Shown: piece after piece, positions 26,454 through 39,900 of the stretch | How the letters are laid out: each line of letters begins with the position of its first letter | Position numbering within the stretch: the first letter of the stretch is position 1 | Source of the DNA: Stegostoma tigrinum | Lineage: Eukaryota | Length of the DNA: 64,000 nt | NCBI RefSeq assembly: GCF_030684315.1 | Contig: NC_081359.1 | Location: 37,582,470-37,646,469, forward strand | Reading direction: 5' to 3' | Made by a program: the position numbers and the translations under genes | The notes under the pieces: model-generated | Databases searched by the model: none | What the model saw: the letters and a program-made list of their open reading frames with translations, nothing else | What the model was told of the DNA's origin: nothing

Positions 26454-27415
26454 GAGTTAATGAACATGTTATGCCCAAACATGACTACTTTTCATCAACT
26501 CTACATGTGCCTTAAATCTTCCAAGTTCATATTTTAGTTCCATCAAACGTGTCATGGGTCAGTTCTGGGTTAATATCTTACCTCTGTAAAAGGGTATCTG
26601 AATATCCAAAAGAAGTGCTGTGACAACAGATGTGTTCTAACCAAACTTAATCTGTATAGACAAGTTACACACTCTAGGTTTTGAAATTTGATTTTATTAG
26701 AGACAACTGGTCAGCTATCTCTGGCAAGTAAAAGCTGCAGATTATCCCAAATCTGACCCCACAAAGAGGAGAGAGGCTGAGATTCAGTATTAGTTTCTGG
26801 ACTTCTGCTGTCCTCTTCACCATGCACTATCTACTATGTCAAAAGTATGGATTTTTACTTGCTGTTATAGCCAGTTAGTCCATTTTTATTGTAGATTTCC
26901 CTCCACAGAGGATAATGGTGGAGCTGATAGCCCTGTCTTCATCTGAATTCACCTTGAAATTATGAATTATGACAGCAATGTCTCAGTTTAGCAGATGCAC
27001 TGGCTTTATTGTGCACCTGTATGAGTGAGAGAGCTGAAGAGTGCAGACATTATACTATACAGACAGATCCTTGCCTTCAAGCAGCTTGAAGAACATATCT
27101 TCCTCCTGGGAAATAATGCAAATAGAATTTTGACTACTACTTGGGATCCCCTATTTACCCTTAGTTACTTAGTCCTATTTCTAACTAGAATCCTTTTCAG
27201 GTTGACCCAATTTCTGATGCAATACTACATGAAGACAGTTAATGATAGATCAGGAGGATACAACATCCTTAAAATTATTCTTTTCTCAACAGTTCAGGTC
27301 TTCATTAATTGCACCCATAACATTTAAGTTCCATTAGGCTATAATATAACCTATATAAATAAAAAGGGACACCACTCAACAAGGTTAATTTTATCTCTCG
27401 GAGCTAAGGTACAAT

Positions 27416-27561
27416 GGGTGATTTAACTTTGGCTACGCATTACACACTCAAACCTATGCTCCTTTTGATGGCCTTCAATGTTAGTGAAGTCAGGCAGCAT
27501 TTATAATGGGCAGCTAATTCAATGTTGCCAGTTTTACATCAGGCAAAGCTAAAATTACTCT
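27416..27561. mobile_element. Possible old MITE
   Basis: Imperfect terminal inverted repeats gggtgatttaactttg / caaagctaaaattactc, flanked by caat on both sides. Confidence 0.35.
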
Positions 27562-27999
27562 CAATCAATTGTGTGTCTTCCACATTAATAACAGGTATCT
27601 AGCCAGCTGTTATGATTCCTATATTCTGCAGCATGCAAGCATTTTGAATTTGCTTCTCGGAGATGGCAAGCTACAAAGCTGACTACTGGGTATGTGTGAC
27701 TGTGACCTATGTTGCCTGTCATGATGATAGCAAGCTGAGTTGTCATGATGCCTCTAAATCTAACTTTTACAGTTTCCATTCCAGGCCTATTCTATAACTT
27801 GAGGAATTGGCCTCTTGAGGAATCTGGAGTTCTCCAGATTGACTACCATGTTCAAAGAATAGCCTGAAGAGCACCTGTTCTTTTTATTTTTTTTCTTTTT
27901 CCTGGTGTTATAGTAGACCAGTAGTACATCACCTCAACTGTCATTGAAATAATACATCAAGAGTCAGTCTGCTCGTCCAATTATTAAGGATCTAAGATG

Positions 28000-28320
28000 G
28001 CAGCTTCTGTGGCAAGAATTAGAGTTTATGTTTCAGGTCGAGTGACCCTTCCTCAGAAAAGATCGAGTCAGATTATTTGAAAAAGTGCAAAAGTTATCTC
28101 AATATCCTGGCAAACATTGTTTCTATGGAGTAAAATGTTAACCATGACTTTATTGAAAAAGTAGCTACTAAGAATTGCTTAAGGAACTATGTTTTTGTTC
28201 CCAACATTATTTAAGAAATTATTAGAAAAGCTCAACACTCGAACAGCATCTATGGAGGGAAATCGAAACAGGGTATAAGGAACAATTCTGAGAAAGGGTC
28301 ACCGATCCTGAAATGTTGGA
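28000..28320. mobile_element. Short PLE family C pLTR fragments with hammerhead motifs
   Basis: Minus 28025-28058 reads CTGAGGA-A-GGGTC actc GACCT-GAAA; a more degenerate plus copy lies at about 28287-28318. Confidence 0.55.
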
Positions 28321-28849
28321 ACACTGTGAAGCCCATCACCAGCAGAGCGCAGAGGGTGAAGGACATGGCCAGCTCGCATTCCGATAGCAGAGGATCGGGA
28401 TAAACTTTAGGGGAAGTCAGCAGCAATGTGATTTAACAGAGAAAGACATCAAGACTGAACCAGCCTAGCTGCAAACATAAACAACATGTATGCTGACTTG
28501 AACTTTGATGACCAATGATTGCCTCTTTATTTCACACATAACCTTTGCAAAGGTAGAGTGCCATAGAGGATGAACAAGAATATGGAGACCTTAGAGAGCA
28601 TAGAAATAAAGTATACCCTGCAGCAACAAAAGAAGAAAAGGCACCAATCACCATTTTGCAAGCTTACCCTGCTAGTGTGAGGAAGGTCCATAGGGAGGAA
28701 GAATGTAATGCCAACATAACTATAAACCATTGCTGCAGTAACAGTAATCATATTTTGACAGTGGACTGTTTACAGAAGCCCATATTTAAAAAAAGAAACA
28801 CAAGGTAACTATTCTTAAAGGCAACACCACGTGACAAATTCTTTCTCTT

Positions 28850-30800
28850 GGGGAAGTCAGAGACAGTTATATCCAGGATCTCTCACAGGCAATGGTCATC
28901 ATACACATTAAAATTGGATACAGATCTGCCAATGACTTTGGCTGCAAATGATTACCCCAAAGCTTTCATCTGGCAAAGTCATGGGCAGAATCTGTCTCTA
29001 AGTCAAAGATTAGTTTTTGGCAACGTAAGCACACAGAGACAAAGAATTTGTTGAAACATTGTATAATATCCATAACCAGTCATGTTCACTGCTAAATCGT
29101 AGAACCTGTAAAGCTGTCAGTCTCATCCTTAATTTGGAAGTTGTCATCAGACAAGAACCAGCCATTCAGTTTAAGCACTAGTTTCCAAAACTCTTTGGAA
29201 GTCTGGCAAAACTGAACACTACATCCCTCATTGCAGTGAATGTCAATGCCAAATCCATCTTCCTGTTCACACTTGGAAATGTCAAAAATCCACTTCAGGC
29301 AGGATATAAGCTGTGAGATGCTCTAAAAGTGGGGTTATTTCAAAAATCAGACGACAGTCTACATGATGCTCTGCTTGTGGTGTCAGTTTCCTAAGTGGAT
29401 AATGAATTCATTAGAATTTGCCTGAACATACATGAAAAAGTCAAGAGGTCCATCTGAGGTACTTGTGCATAATAATTTTGCACTTTCTAATATAATAGTG
29501 GATACGTCATCCACAGATCTCTGAACTCTCTTATACCAGAGCCTTCCCAGAGCTCTCACTGACATGGAAAAATACTTAACATCATTGAGGAAGAATCTAC
29601 ATGCAATGGCTTGGGTGTGTGAGAAATTCCTCAATCTGTCTTAGGCCTACTCGTCAATATTGAGATGGATCACAAGCTATTGGTGACTTTATTGAACATA
29701 AAATTGATCTTATAAATACCACTTAGAATCCAAAGATTTAGATTGTGGTTGATGCCATAATTACAGAAAATTGTACGGGGAAAACACAAGACCAATGTTG
29801 ATCTTCAGTGAAAGATCCCCATCAAATACCCAGGGAAGTAGGACCAAAAAATATTTCAGAAATTGAGACCTTAGTGGCCTTCATGACTCATTATTTGCCA
29901 GTCACAATAAATATGAGATCTTGAGGTTAAATTGCTTGACGAAGAATCTGCGTGGATGTGTATGTTCTGCCAAGGTGGTTTGCCAGAGGATATCTCCAGC
30001 AACACTATTCCTGCGATAGTACTTTGCACAACACCATCAAAATGGTATTATCAATACTATCAATGATTGCTTGGTTGTCCCACAGGCTCTCCATCTCGAA
30101 ATATTTGAAAAGATTGACTAGGGAGTTCTAGGTATTTTCAAGTGTTGGACTAGGGCAGTGATCTGCATGGTGGTTTTACATATCTCAATTCCTCGAGGCC
30201 ATGGTTTCCAATTGAGCCACCTGTGTCAATCACAGACAAGGAAAGAACATCTTACGCCCTTCTTCTGTCTGCCCATGGGAACATATTGGTCTTGGTCTGT
30301 CCACTTTTAAGGGGACAATGTTTTTTTTTATTTTGGTTGTCTATTTTGCCCGATGATTGACAACCAGAAGCTCATCAAATCTGTTTCAAAATCCACTATA
30401 ACTACTTTGAAGGTATCCCAGACATTGTTATCCATTGTCAATTAATGTTTCCAGTCCTTTGAGGGCCTCACATGAGTTATTCAACTTACAGTTCCTTTGA
30501 GATGCCACAAGACAACTACAAATGGGTGTAGGCCAGAAAAAACCTGCTAAGAAAGCATGGTGATTTTTATTTAGCTCTATTCAATCACAGTTCAAAACCA
30601 TTACATTTGGCTTTACTCATCACCTGAAGACTCATTTGAAGAAGCAGCCAGTAGACTAATGAATTGCGATGGCTGATCTTCAAGCGCAAATGATAACAAC
30701 GTAGTTAAAATATAACAAAGACATGGGATGAAATCCCTCAGGGGATTGCGCAGATCCTCCAATATCCCGTAAACAAGTTAAAGTACATTTAGGGACATTG
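28850..30800 (+). pseudogene. Highly decayed Gypsy-type pol
   Basis: Ordered remnants: LKLDT (protease, ~28907), DTSST (RNase H, ~29500), integrase zinc-finger-like region (~30090-30160), PWEHIGL (~30272). Confidence 0.55.
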
Positions 30801-31684
30801 ATGAAACTTCTCTGCAAAGTTTCTATTGTGAAGGACAGAACATTGGAAGGAATGAATAATGAGTGAAGTAGTAAGTTGCCTAAACCTTGCAAATTGGTAT
30901 AAGACAGAAAGTGGAGTATGGTGATAAAGACTTGGGGGTGTTGTGGGATTAAGGGCAAGCGGTACCTTTATTCTCTAAAGCTACTGAGCAGGCATATATC
31001 CAAAGGACAGTGGGATTAAAAAAATGCTAAAACTAGCAAATCAGTTGTAGTGTCTGATTTATCTTGTATGCTTCAAATTGGGTATCCTTATGACCAGAAT
31101 ACATGTTTCCAAATACTGGAGCTGGCATGATGAAATCACATGGAACTGGGACCCGACTCTGTCAGGTTTCAGTGATATTCTCTTGCAAACAGTTGCAGCT
31201 AATAAAGCTCATTGATGTTTGCTTGGGCTTCCTTCCATCAACGATCCAGTCCAAAGCTTATTACAGCTTCCTCAACCACAACAATGTAACTGATGAACTG
31301 GTTATTTATTACATCAGCTGTTGGTGAATTGTTATAGCTTGGAAACAGATTGCTGCATTTGCCTGCATAAAAGTGGCATTCCACAACATGTTTATAAGCT
31401 GTAAAGTGCTTTAGAATGGTCTAAGATCTTTAAAAATTTACACAAGTCAACTTTTTTTTCAGTTCCTGGGATAAAATTCCATTACTTTATTCATATAGAC
31501 AGGGACATTTTGAAGAGCAATCTACACAAGACAGATGAACTAATCTAGTACATTAAAAATGACACAAATTTATACATGTTCATTGGGCTCTTTGTTCCTG
31601 AGAAAACAATTATCCTTCAATAGTTTTGATTTGTATTTTTCTTTATAAACTGTGAACTCATATCCATATTTAGAGCGTGGCATG

Positions 31685-32002
31685 GTGGCACTGTGGCACA
31701 GTGGTGAGCACTGCTGCCTTATAGTGCCAGGGACCCGGGTTCAATTCCAGCCTTGGGCAACTGTCTGTGTGGAGTTTGCACATTCTCCCCATGTTTATGT
31801 AGGTTTCCTCCTGATGCTTCAGTTTCCTCCCACAATCCAAAGATGTGCAGGTTAGGTGGATTGGGCATGCTAAATTGCCCATAGTGTTCAGGGAGGTGTA
31901 GATTAGGTGGGATATAGGGGGACAGGTCTGGGTGGGATGCACTGAAGTTCCATGTGGACTTGTTGGGTCAAAGGGCCTCATTCCACACTGTAGGGATTCT
32001 AT
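31685..32002 (+). mobile_element. HE1-type V-SINE (tRNA head, V-domain, CR1/HER1 tail)
   Basis: A box tggcacagtgg, B box ggttcaattcc, tgtgtggagtttgcacattctcccc V-domain, tail gggcctcattccacactgtagggattctat. Confidence 0.88.
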
Positions 32003-32089
32003 AATATAATCAAAGGCATTTCCAATGAGTGACCAGTCTCTGGATTGATCATTTTCTTTGGTGGGTTTGGGGAGCGGGTCATAGTTCCC

Positions 32090-32990
32090 CAATTATTTGT
32101 GGGATGTGTGTCACTTGCTGGTCAGCATTTTTATTGCCATCCTGAGATGCTCCTGAGAATGTGAAGTACTTTCTTGATCAACTGCTGTCCCCTTGCCGTG
32201 GGTTGACCCACGATTCCAAAAAGGAGGGAATCCCAGGGTTTTGTCCCAGCAACAGTGACCCACAATTCCAAAAAGGAGGGAATTCCAGGATTTTGACCCA
32301 GCAACAGTGAATGAATGGTAATATATTTCCAAGTCAGGAATGTAAGTGGCTTGGAGAGGACCTAGTAGGTGGTGGTGTTCCTATGTATCTATAGTTCTTG
32401 TCCATCTGGACGGAAGTAGTTGTTGATTTTGAAGGTGCTGCCTGAGGATCAATAGTAACCCCCAGGATATAGATATTGTCGGGGGTGGGGAGGGGTTCAG
32501 TAACGTTAACACCATTGAATTGTCTTTTATTGGTGGTGGTCAAAGCCTGGCATTTGTGTGGCACAAATATCACTTGCCACTTGTCAGCCCAAGCCTGAAT
32601 ATAGTCTTGATCTTGTTGCATTTGAACATGGACTACTACAGTCAGCTTGGCCAGTAATACTACTGCCAAACCACTCTTGGTGATGGGCGTTGAAATCTCT
32701 ATCCAGAGTTCATTTTGCACCCTTGGCCCCCTCAGTGCTTCTTCTAAGTGGTCTTCAAACTGGAAGAATACTGATTCATAAGCAAGAGAGGGCATTACAT
32801 AATAATTAACAGGTTCTTTCCTTGCCTGTGTCACATCTTAAGCCTCAAGCCTTCATGGGATCCAGAGTCAATGTTGAGGGCTTCTAAAGCAACTCCCTCC
32901 TGATTGTGTACCACTGTGAGCCACCACTGTTGAGTCCATCCTGCTAGTGGGACAGGACATAGCCAGAGATTATAGTGGTGGTAGTGATAG
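32090..32990 (-). mobile_element. Internally deleted copy of the tRNA-headed LINE (resumes at 34720-34800)
   Basis: QDQDYIQAWADKWQVIFVPHKCQA and HLEEALR motifs; 52-bp tandem duplication at 32204-32307. Confidence 0.75.
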
Positions 32991-32994
32991 GGTC

Positions 32995-34718
32995 ACTGTT
33001 ATCCTTATTTACCATCCAACGAGTATCCACATCTAAAGGATTCTTAGCCCCACTTCTGCCTCCAGCGTGATGCCACCATGAGACACATATTCCTCTCCCC
33101 TACCTTGTCAATTTTTCTCAAGGATCATTCCCTGTGGGGCACCTGGTCTACTCCTTTATTCCCAACATATCCCCACAGCCCCAAGGCACCCCGCTCCCCT
33201 GCAATCGCAGAAGATGTAACACTTGCTCATTTACTTTCTTCCTCCTTAATATCCAAGGGCCCAAACTTGTCTTGCAGGTGTGGCAGCACTTTACCTCCAC
33301 TTCATTTAATGTAGTCTACTGTATTTCCTGCTCTAAATGTGGTCTCCTCTATACTGGAAAACGAAGCATAAACTGCATGACTGCTTTGCAGAACACCGAC
33401 ATTAGAACATAGAACATAGAACAATACAGCGTAGAACAGGCCCTTCAGCCCTCGATGTTGCGCTGACCTGTGAACTAATCTAAGCCCATCCCCTTCCACT
33501 ATCCCATCATCATCCATATGCTTATCCAAGGGCTGTTTAAATGTCCCTCATGTGGCTGAGTTAATTACATTGGCAGGCAGGGCATTCTACGCCCTTACCA
33601 CTCTGAGTAAAGAACCTGCCTCTGACATCTGTCTTAAATCCATCACCCCTCAATGTGTAGCTGTGGCCCCTTGTACAAGCTGAAGTCATCATCCTCGGAA
33701 AAAGACTCTCACTGTCCACCCTATCTAATCTTTCTCTGATCATCTTGTATGTCTCTATTAAATCCCCTCTTAGCCTCCTTCTCTCCAATGAGAACAGACC
33801 CAAGTTCCTCAGCCTTTCTTCATAAGACCATCGCTCCAGACCAGGCAACATCCTGGTAAATCTCCTCTGCACATGTTCCAACAATTCCACATCCTTCCTG
33901 TAATGGAGCGACCACGTAATATTCAAAGTGAGGCTGCACTAGCATTTTGTAGAGTTGCAGCATGACGCCACGTCTCCGGAACTCAATCCCTCTACCAATG
34001 CAACCTAAAACACCATCAGACTTCTGAACAGCTCTATCAACCTCGGTGGCAATTTTCAGGAATCTATGTACATGGACACCAAATCCCTCTGCACACTACC
34101 AAGAATCTTTCCGTTGACCCGGTGTTCTGCCTTCCTATTATTCCTCCCAAAGTGAATCACCTCACATTTATTCATATTAATCTGACATTCTGTTTGCAAA
34201 AATGATCCTGAGCTTCCAGTTGCCTGCCACTTCAACATATCATCATGTTTACTGGCCAACATCTCTATGAGGCTTGCTGAAGTGTTTCAAAGAAGCTCAG
34301 CACTTGCTGGAAGAACAGCACCTCATTTTCCACTTGGGTACTCTACAGTTTTCTGGACTTTTTCAGCAATTTTAGGGCTTGAGCACCTTCCTGTCACACT
34401 AGGCATTTTTTATCACATGCTCTGCTATTACATACAACCCATTGTAGCCACTAATAGTCTCCATTAGCAGCTATTCAGTCTCCTCAGCTGATCGTTACCC
34501 ACTCGTTTGTCCAATTTTTTTCTCTTTTTGGGCTTCATGTCCACCTATCATTTACTCCTTACCTTATCCCCCTACCCCACTTTCTGCATTTAAACAAAAG
34601 TCATTTTTTCCTAATTATCACTCTGAAGAAGGGTCACTGGACCTGAAATGTTAACTCTGATTTCTCTCCACAGATGCTGTCAGACCTGCTGAGTTTTTCC
34701 AGCAATTTATGTATTGGT
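32995..34718 (+). mobile_element. PLE family C 3' portion interrupted by a CR1
   Basis: PCNRRRCNTC...NVVYCISCSKCGLLYTG at 33190-33360, resuming PELPVACHFN at 34207; hammerhead CTGAAGA-A-GGGTC actg GACCT-GAAA at 34623-34648. Confidence 0.85.
33402..34180 (-). mobile_element. CR1 (HER1-like) LINE 3' end
   Basis: (tagaaca)3 tail; LLEHVQRRFTRMLPGL...LGLFSLERRRLRGDLIETYK; NKCEVIHFGRNN. Confidence 0.93.
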
Positions 34719-34799
34719 GTGAGGTGGTGATGGCAGTGCCTGGGACATTGCCTGTAATATATCATCCTATGGATATGACTATGTCAGGCAGTTGATCGA

Positions 34800-35487
34800 T
34801 TAGCGAGTTTTGAGAAGATTTGTAGCTCAGGTTGAGGTTCTGGATGTGAGTTTGCTTGCTGAGCTGGAAGGTTAGTTTTCAGACGTTTCGTCACCATTCT
34901 AGGTAACATCATCAGTGAGCCTCCAACGAAGCGCTGGTGTTATGTCCCGCTTTCTATTTATATGTTTAGGTTTCCTTGGGTTGGTGATGTCATTTCCTGC
35001 ATTGGTGATGTCATTTCATGTTCTTTTTCTCAGAGGATGGTAGATTGGCTCCAAATCAATGTGTTTGTTGATGGAGTTCCGGTTGGAATGCCATGCTTTT
35101 AGGAATTCTTGTGCGTGTCTCTGTTTGGCTTGTCCTAGGATGGATGTGTTGTCTCAATCAAAGTGGTGTCCTCCCTCATTTGTATGTAAGGATATGAGTG
35201 ATAGTGGGTCATGTCGTTTTGTGGCTAGTTGATGTTCATGTATTCTGGTGGCTAGCTTTCTGCCAGTTTGTCCAACGTAGTGTTTGTCACAGTTCTTGCA
35301 AGGTATTTTGTAGATGACGTTCGTTTTGCTTGTTGTCTGTATAGACATTTCCGAAATGACTGCCAGACTATTCAGACCTCTTGGCATCAGGGTAGCCCAC
35401 AAACCCACCAACACACTAAAACAGCAGCTAATGAACTTAAAAGACCCTATACAGACAACAAGGAAAATGAACGTATTTATTTACAAT
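34800..35487 (-). mobile_element. Poseidon/Penelope-like PLE with a 5' inversion (35343-35487 on plus)
   Basis: NVIYKIPCKNCDKHYVGQTGRKLATRIHEH on minus; the upstream ORF part DISEMTARLFRPLGIRVAHKPTNTL on plus. Confidence 0.88.
34880..34918 (-). ncRNA. Minimal hammerhead ribozyme motif (Poseidon-like PLE)
   Basis: Minus strand CTGATGA-T-GTTACC tagaat GGTGAC-GAAACGTC. Confidence 0.75.
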
Positions 35488-38400
35488 ACAAAAGTAAGTA
35501 TAATACAAGAAAGAAAAGTAAACACAATGAACAGTGATTAACACAATCAATTATACAGAGGGCTGTAAGGTTATTAAATATACTATTAGCTAGATTAAAC
35601 ACTATTAAAACTTAAAAAGAGTTTTTAAGCACAGAAGCTTTAGTCAGGATTACTGCTCTTGGGGAGCCTTACACAGTCACCACCAGCCTTCCCCTTCCTG
35701 CTAGCTAGATTGGAAACGTTGGGGCCTCTGAAGTTGAAGCTCACTGAGGAAAACATGATTTTGAAGTACATCTGGCTGTTCCTGCTTGCTGTACTTGGTG
35801 GTTGGATGCAAACTTTGGACTGCGTAGGCCTTTAGTCTGGGTTGAGTCCACTGATGCAGTATGAAGCACAGTGGAGCTATTGAGTAAGTACTTGGATTTC
35901 CTTACCCCAAGCCTATTTTTCATCTCAGGATATGTTTGAGGCCTCATGGCGTCAATCAGGTAGTGGCTTTCAGCATCTGGTATTTCTTGGGCCTGTTGGT
36001 CCTCGTCGGTTGCAGTTGGCTTGCCTGGCTCGGAACAGGCCTGTGTTGTTAACTCTCGGAATTGCTGTTGGGATTCCCCTTCTAGAGAAAGCTCTTGGAA
36101 ATAGCCAATGGTATTGGCTGTTTGATTTCTTCTTCTGGAAATAGATTTCTTAAATGGTCCTCCCAGGATAGCTATTTGGAATTGCTCTGGGGATCACTGC
36201 CTCAGGTGAGTTTGGGGCCTAGCATAATACAAATTGTGGGCCCCTTCTCTTCACACCAAATCTTTGCCTTCCATTGTGTTTCTGGTGTTCTTTTTAAAGT
36301 CAATGGATTCCCAATTGCTTTAGAGGCCCTCAATTCCCAATATGAAAATATGTATGTATGGATTTTGATTGAAGTGGTATCTTTGTAGACCCCATAATGC
36401 CTGAGCTGGGTAGCCCAAGGTATAAAAAATAATTGTGGCCTGGAGTGTTAAGTTTGGTTGATTATTCTCTTAGAATGGAGGTGTAAATTGGAATTCCAAG
36501 CTGAACAATAGTCCCAGACAGAAATCATTCTGACTCTGTTGTGTGTTTGTTGTAGTCTGAGCTCAGGTTTTTGTCTAGCATTTTTGATATTAGAAAAGTC
36601 CAATACTTTAAGATGATGGGGATTTTTGCTCAATCCTACATATATCCCTACAGAACTTGGAAACAGCAGTAGGTTATTTCATCCTTTGAACTTGTTGCTG
36701 CATTCAACATGATAATGGCTGATATTTGTCCTAGCATTTTACAACTTTCTTATATCTTTGGTAAACTAAAATCTGTCACTTGCAGACTTAAAAATGAACA
36801 CGAGACCCAGCATTAAGCAGTTTTAGGACGAGGATTCAAGATTTCTTCCTGTGTAGGAATGTTTCCCAGCCTCATTCTCATATATGCAGGCTCTGTCCCT
36901 GGATGCTACATTTGTCACTCAGTGGGAATGGTTTCTCTCTACCTTCAATATCATTCCATTTGTTAGCTAAGAACTTCACTCAAATCACACCCTAACTTTT
37001 TATAGTGCGTGGAATGCCATTGAATTTTCTTTAAGATCTTTTTGAAAGTTGTGACTTAGACATGATGAGGCTGGATTTTTCCATCACTGATCGGACTGGA
37101 ATGCAGCTGTAAAGGAGAAAGAAAATAGCTGCTATTCCATGCAGCTGGATCTTCCACTTTGTGGCCGTGCCAGCTCCTTCCATGTGGTATGATTCAGCAC
37201 AGGCCTCAAAAATAACCCTTGCCCATTAAGATGCCAACTGAAACATTTAAGAGCTGGATAAAATTTCATTTTTCCCATCATTTTCACATTGACTGAAGCT
37301 TCCTAGATCTCTGGCACTCGCAATGTTCAGACATAGTTGTGAGCATGCATACATATATTAGCTAAAAGGTAAGTCAGTGAAAAATAAGACTTTTCTGGGA
37401 GCTAGTAGGAGCTGTCCAATATGTGTAATAATTACTCTTTGGAGTGAAAAATTACAGGAGTACATCCAGGAACAGAAAAGGAGACAGCGGCAGACCCAGA
37501 CCACCTCAGGCAGTCATTTCATTTCTTGGCCACTGGATATCTGGGCAAGACTATGTTGATTGATTGATTAATTAAGCAATAAATTTCATTTGTGTTTTGA
37601 AACAGTGATGGACTCAGCAACGTATTATCCTCTGAACTTGTTCCTGTTACTGCCTCAGAGAAGTTGGAGGCAGCCTGCTCACATACAGTTGGCATACATC
37701 TCTTGAACTGATTCCAGAGACCCTTTAGCTTAACACACTTTAACTGAGATTATCTTCATTGAATAGCTGTCCACAAAAGCCTCTGCTACACCCAAAATTG
37801 TGTGGCCCTTTAATAAATATCATCCCCAATTGCACAAAAGGCACTCAACAATAATTGTATCCAGAGGTGGTGAGATAATTCAGTGTGATGCCCACACCTG
37901 ACTTGTATACCTGTAAGCAAAGGGTGCTTGGAATAAAAATGTGTGAGGGACAAATGAATCTGATGAGGGAGTTAGGCTTGGAGGCCCTGAAGGCTTTGCT
38001 GTGTTGAGGTGTTCTAAAATCAGTTAACATTTGGTGTGCTTTCAGATGAACTTTAGGAAACCTGCCAACCACCAAATGCACATATCTCTTTCAATAACAG
38101 AACATGTATGGGAGTCTTCATTGTTCATGAGCACTTGGTTTGACAATCTCACTAATCTCACTATCACAATACGAGGGACTCTTGTAATGTACGTGATAGC
38201 CTCCTTGACTGACTTTGGTCATGAACGTACCTATTATCCTATAGTGACAAGAAAAAGAGGCAGTTAATTGCACAGCAGGCTTGAAAATTAGAAGCAGCAC
38301 ATTGCTGTCATTGCATCTCTTCAGGAACATCATATTCCTTACATTGGCCATAGGCTGAATGTCCTGGGAATGAGTTCCTCCACAGTTGAGAAACAGCATG

Positions 38401-38807
38401 AAGCTTTTGTTTCTTTGGTTGCTGAGAATGCTGTAGTGTCCTTCCCTCAGGATCTGTCTAATTTGATGACTGTGTCTTGTAGCATTCTCGACTGAATAAG
38501 ATCTTTAAAGCAAATGCAACACTGCACCCAGCTTTGCCAGATGCTCTACGCATCGTGAATGGTTTTTGGTGGTTTGATTTTGGTTTGTTTGAAGAGGTTG
38601 TCTCTCAATTCCCATGTGGCATCAACGTGGATGCCAGTGTCCAAAGAAACAAGCTCAGCCTCTTCTCTTGGAGGTTCATTGGCTACGGTATTGGAGTGGA
38701 AGAATGTAGTGGCATCATGTGTATCTTTGTTTTATTTAGAGTATCACATCAACAAAGCGACATTACAATAATTTTGACAACTGGTCAGTTGTAGCTAACA
38801 AAGAAAT

Positions 38808-38924
38808 CAGAGATAATGGGAACTGCAGATGCTGGAGATTCCAAGATAATAAAATGTGAGGCTGGATGAACACAGCAGGCCAAGCAGCATCTCAGGAGCA
38901 CAAAAGCTGACGTTTCGGGCCTAG
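38808..38924 (-). mobile_element. Solo tailed PLE family A 3' end (young)
   Basis: Near-identical to 60403-60520; 10-bp TSD acaaagaaat at 38798-38807 and 38925-38934. Confidence 0.92.
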
Positions 38925-39129
38925 ACAAAGAAATGACTGGTTTCACATTTGTAGGATTGGTTGCCTCACTGTGTGGGGCACCATGGAGCTTTGAGTGGCA
39001 AGATCAATCAGTATATCTTACTGATTTCTTTCTTCCCATGCAAGGTACATTGTTAGTTCTGTGCAGGGCATTGTTAAATCAAAGTGTCTCACCCTTAAAG
39101 TTTTCCCCTGGGATTGTTGAGTAAAAACT

Positions 39130-39505
39130 ACTTAGCCATATATCCAGGCACACAGTGGCAGCAATGTTTACTAAATGCAAGTTGCACTACAACAACTCAC
39201 CAATGCCCTTTCAACAGCACCTTCCAAACCTCTGACCTGTACCATGTAGAAAGACAATGGCAACAGAATTGGGGAGCACAACTACCTGCTAGTTTGTCCT
39301 TAAGGCACACACCATACTGATGTGAACTAATTTGCTATTCCCTTACTGTTGCCAGGTTGTAATCCTGGAGCTCCATGCCTAACAGCATTGCAGGTCTGCA
39401 ATGACTGCAGTGGTTCAAGAAGGTAGGTCAGTGTCACGTCCTTGAGAGGATTTAGGGATGGATTATAAGTACTGGCCAAGCCAACAATGTTCACATCCTT
39501 GGGAA
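39130..39505 (+). mobile_element. 3' fragment of the tRNA-headed LINE family
   Basis: cacacagtggcagcaatg...gactgcagtggttcaagaagg...ggccaagccaacaatgttcacatcc. Confidence 0.7.
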
Positions 39506-39562
39506 AAGAATAGGAGGTTCCTTGACCCTCAGAAAACCAAATTTCCTTTACCTTTCTAAGAT

Positions 39563-39900
39563 CGTGGTGGTGGTAATCCAGAAACTAAGGCCAATGCTTG
39601 GGGACATGAGTTCTAAATCCATTCTGAAGATGTTAAATTTAGAATTCTCCTAAAAAACAAAAATGTTTGCAATGAAAATCTAGCCTAATGGCAAACAAAT
39701 AACTGTTATAAATTGCTGTAAAACCCAACCGGCCTGTTAACATCTTTTAGGGAAGGAAAAATGCCATCCTTACCTCATCAGATCTATATTTGACTCTAGA
39801 GCCATAGCAATGTGTTTGAATCTCAAATTTGCATCTGGTTACTTAGAGATGAGCAGTAAATGCTGGTCTAGCTAATGATGTCTACCTGTCCTGAATAAAA
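39563..39900 (+). mobile_element. tRNA-headed bipartite SINE
   Basis: taatccagaaact...ttttagggaaggaaaaatgccatccttacc...gatgagcagtaaatgctggtctagc tail. Confidence 0.7.

Noticed and set aside
31685-31760. tRNA gene
   Set aside because: The A/B boxes continue into a V-domain and LINE tail, so this is a SINE head.
32204-32307. 52-bp tandem duplication as a functional repeat
   Set aside because: It lies inside a decayed LINE 3' region and looks like ordinary slippage.
35490-36660. Possible LTR-like block
   Set aside because: No paired LTR, TSD or coding motif was identified.
37650-38760. Possible Gypsy gag/protease remnant on the minus strand (NCGGTH, LRDNL)
   Set aside because: The motifs are too short and degraded to call without a profile search.
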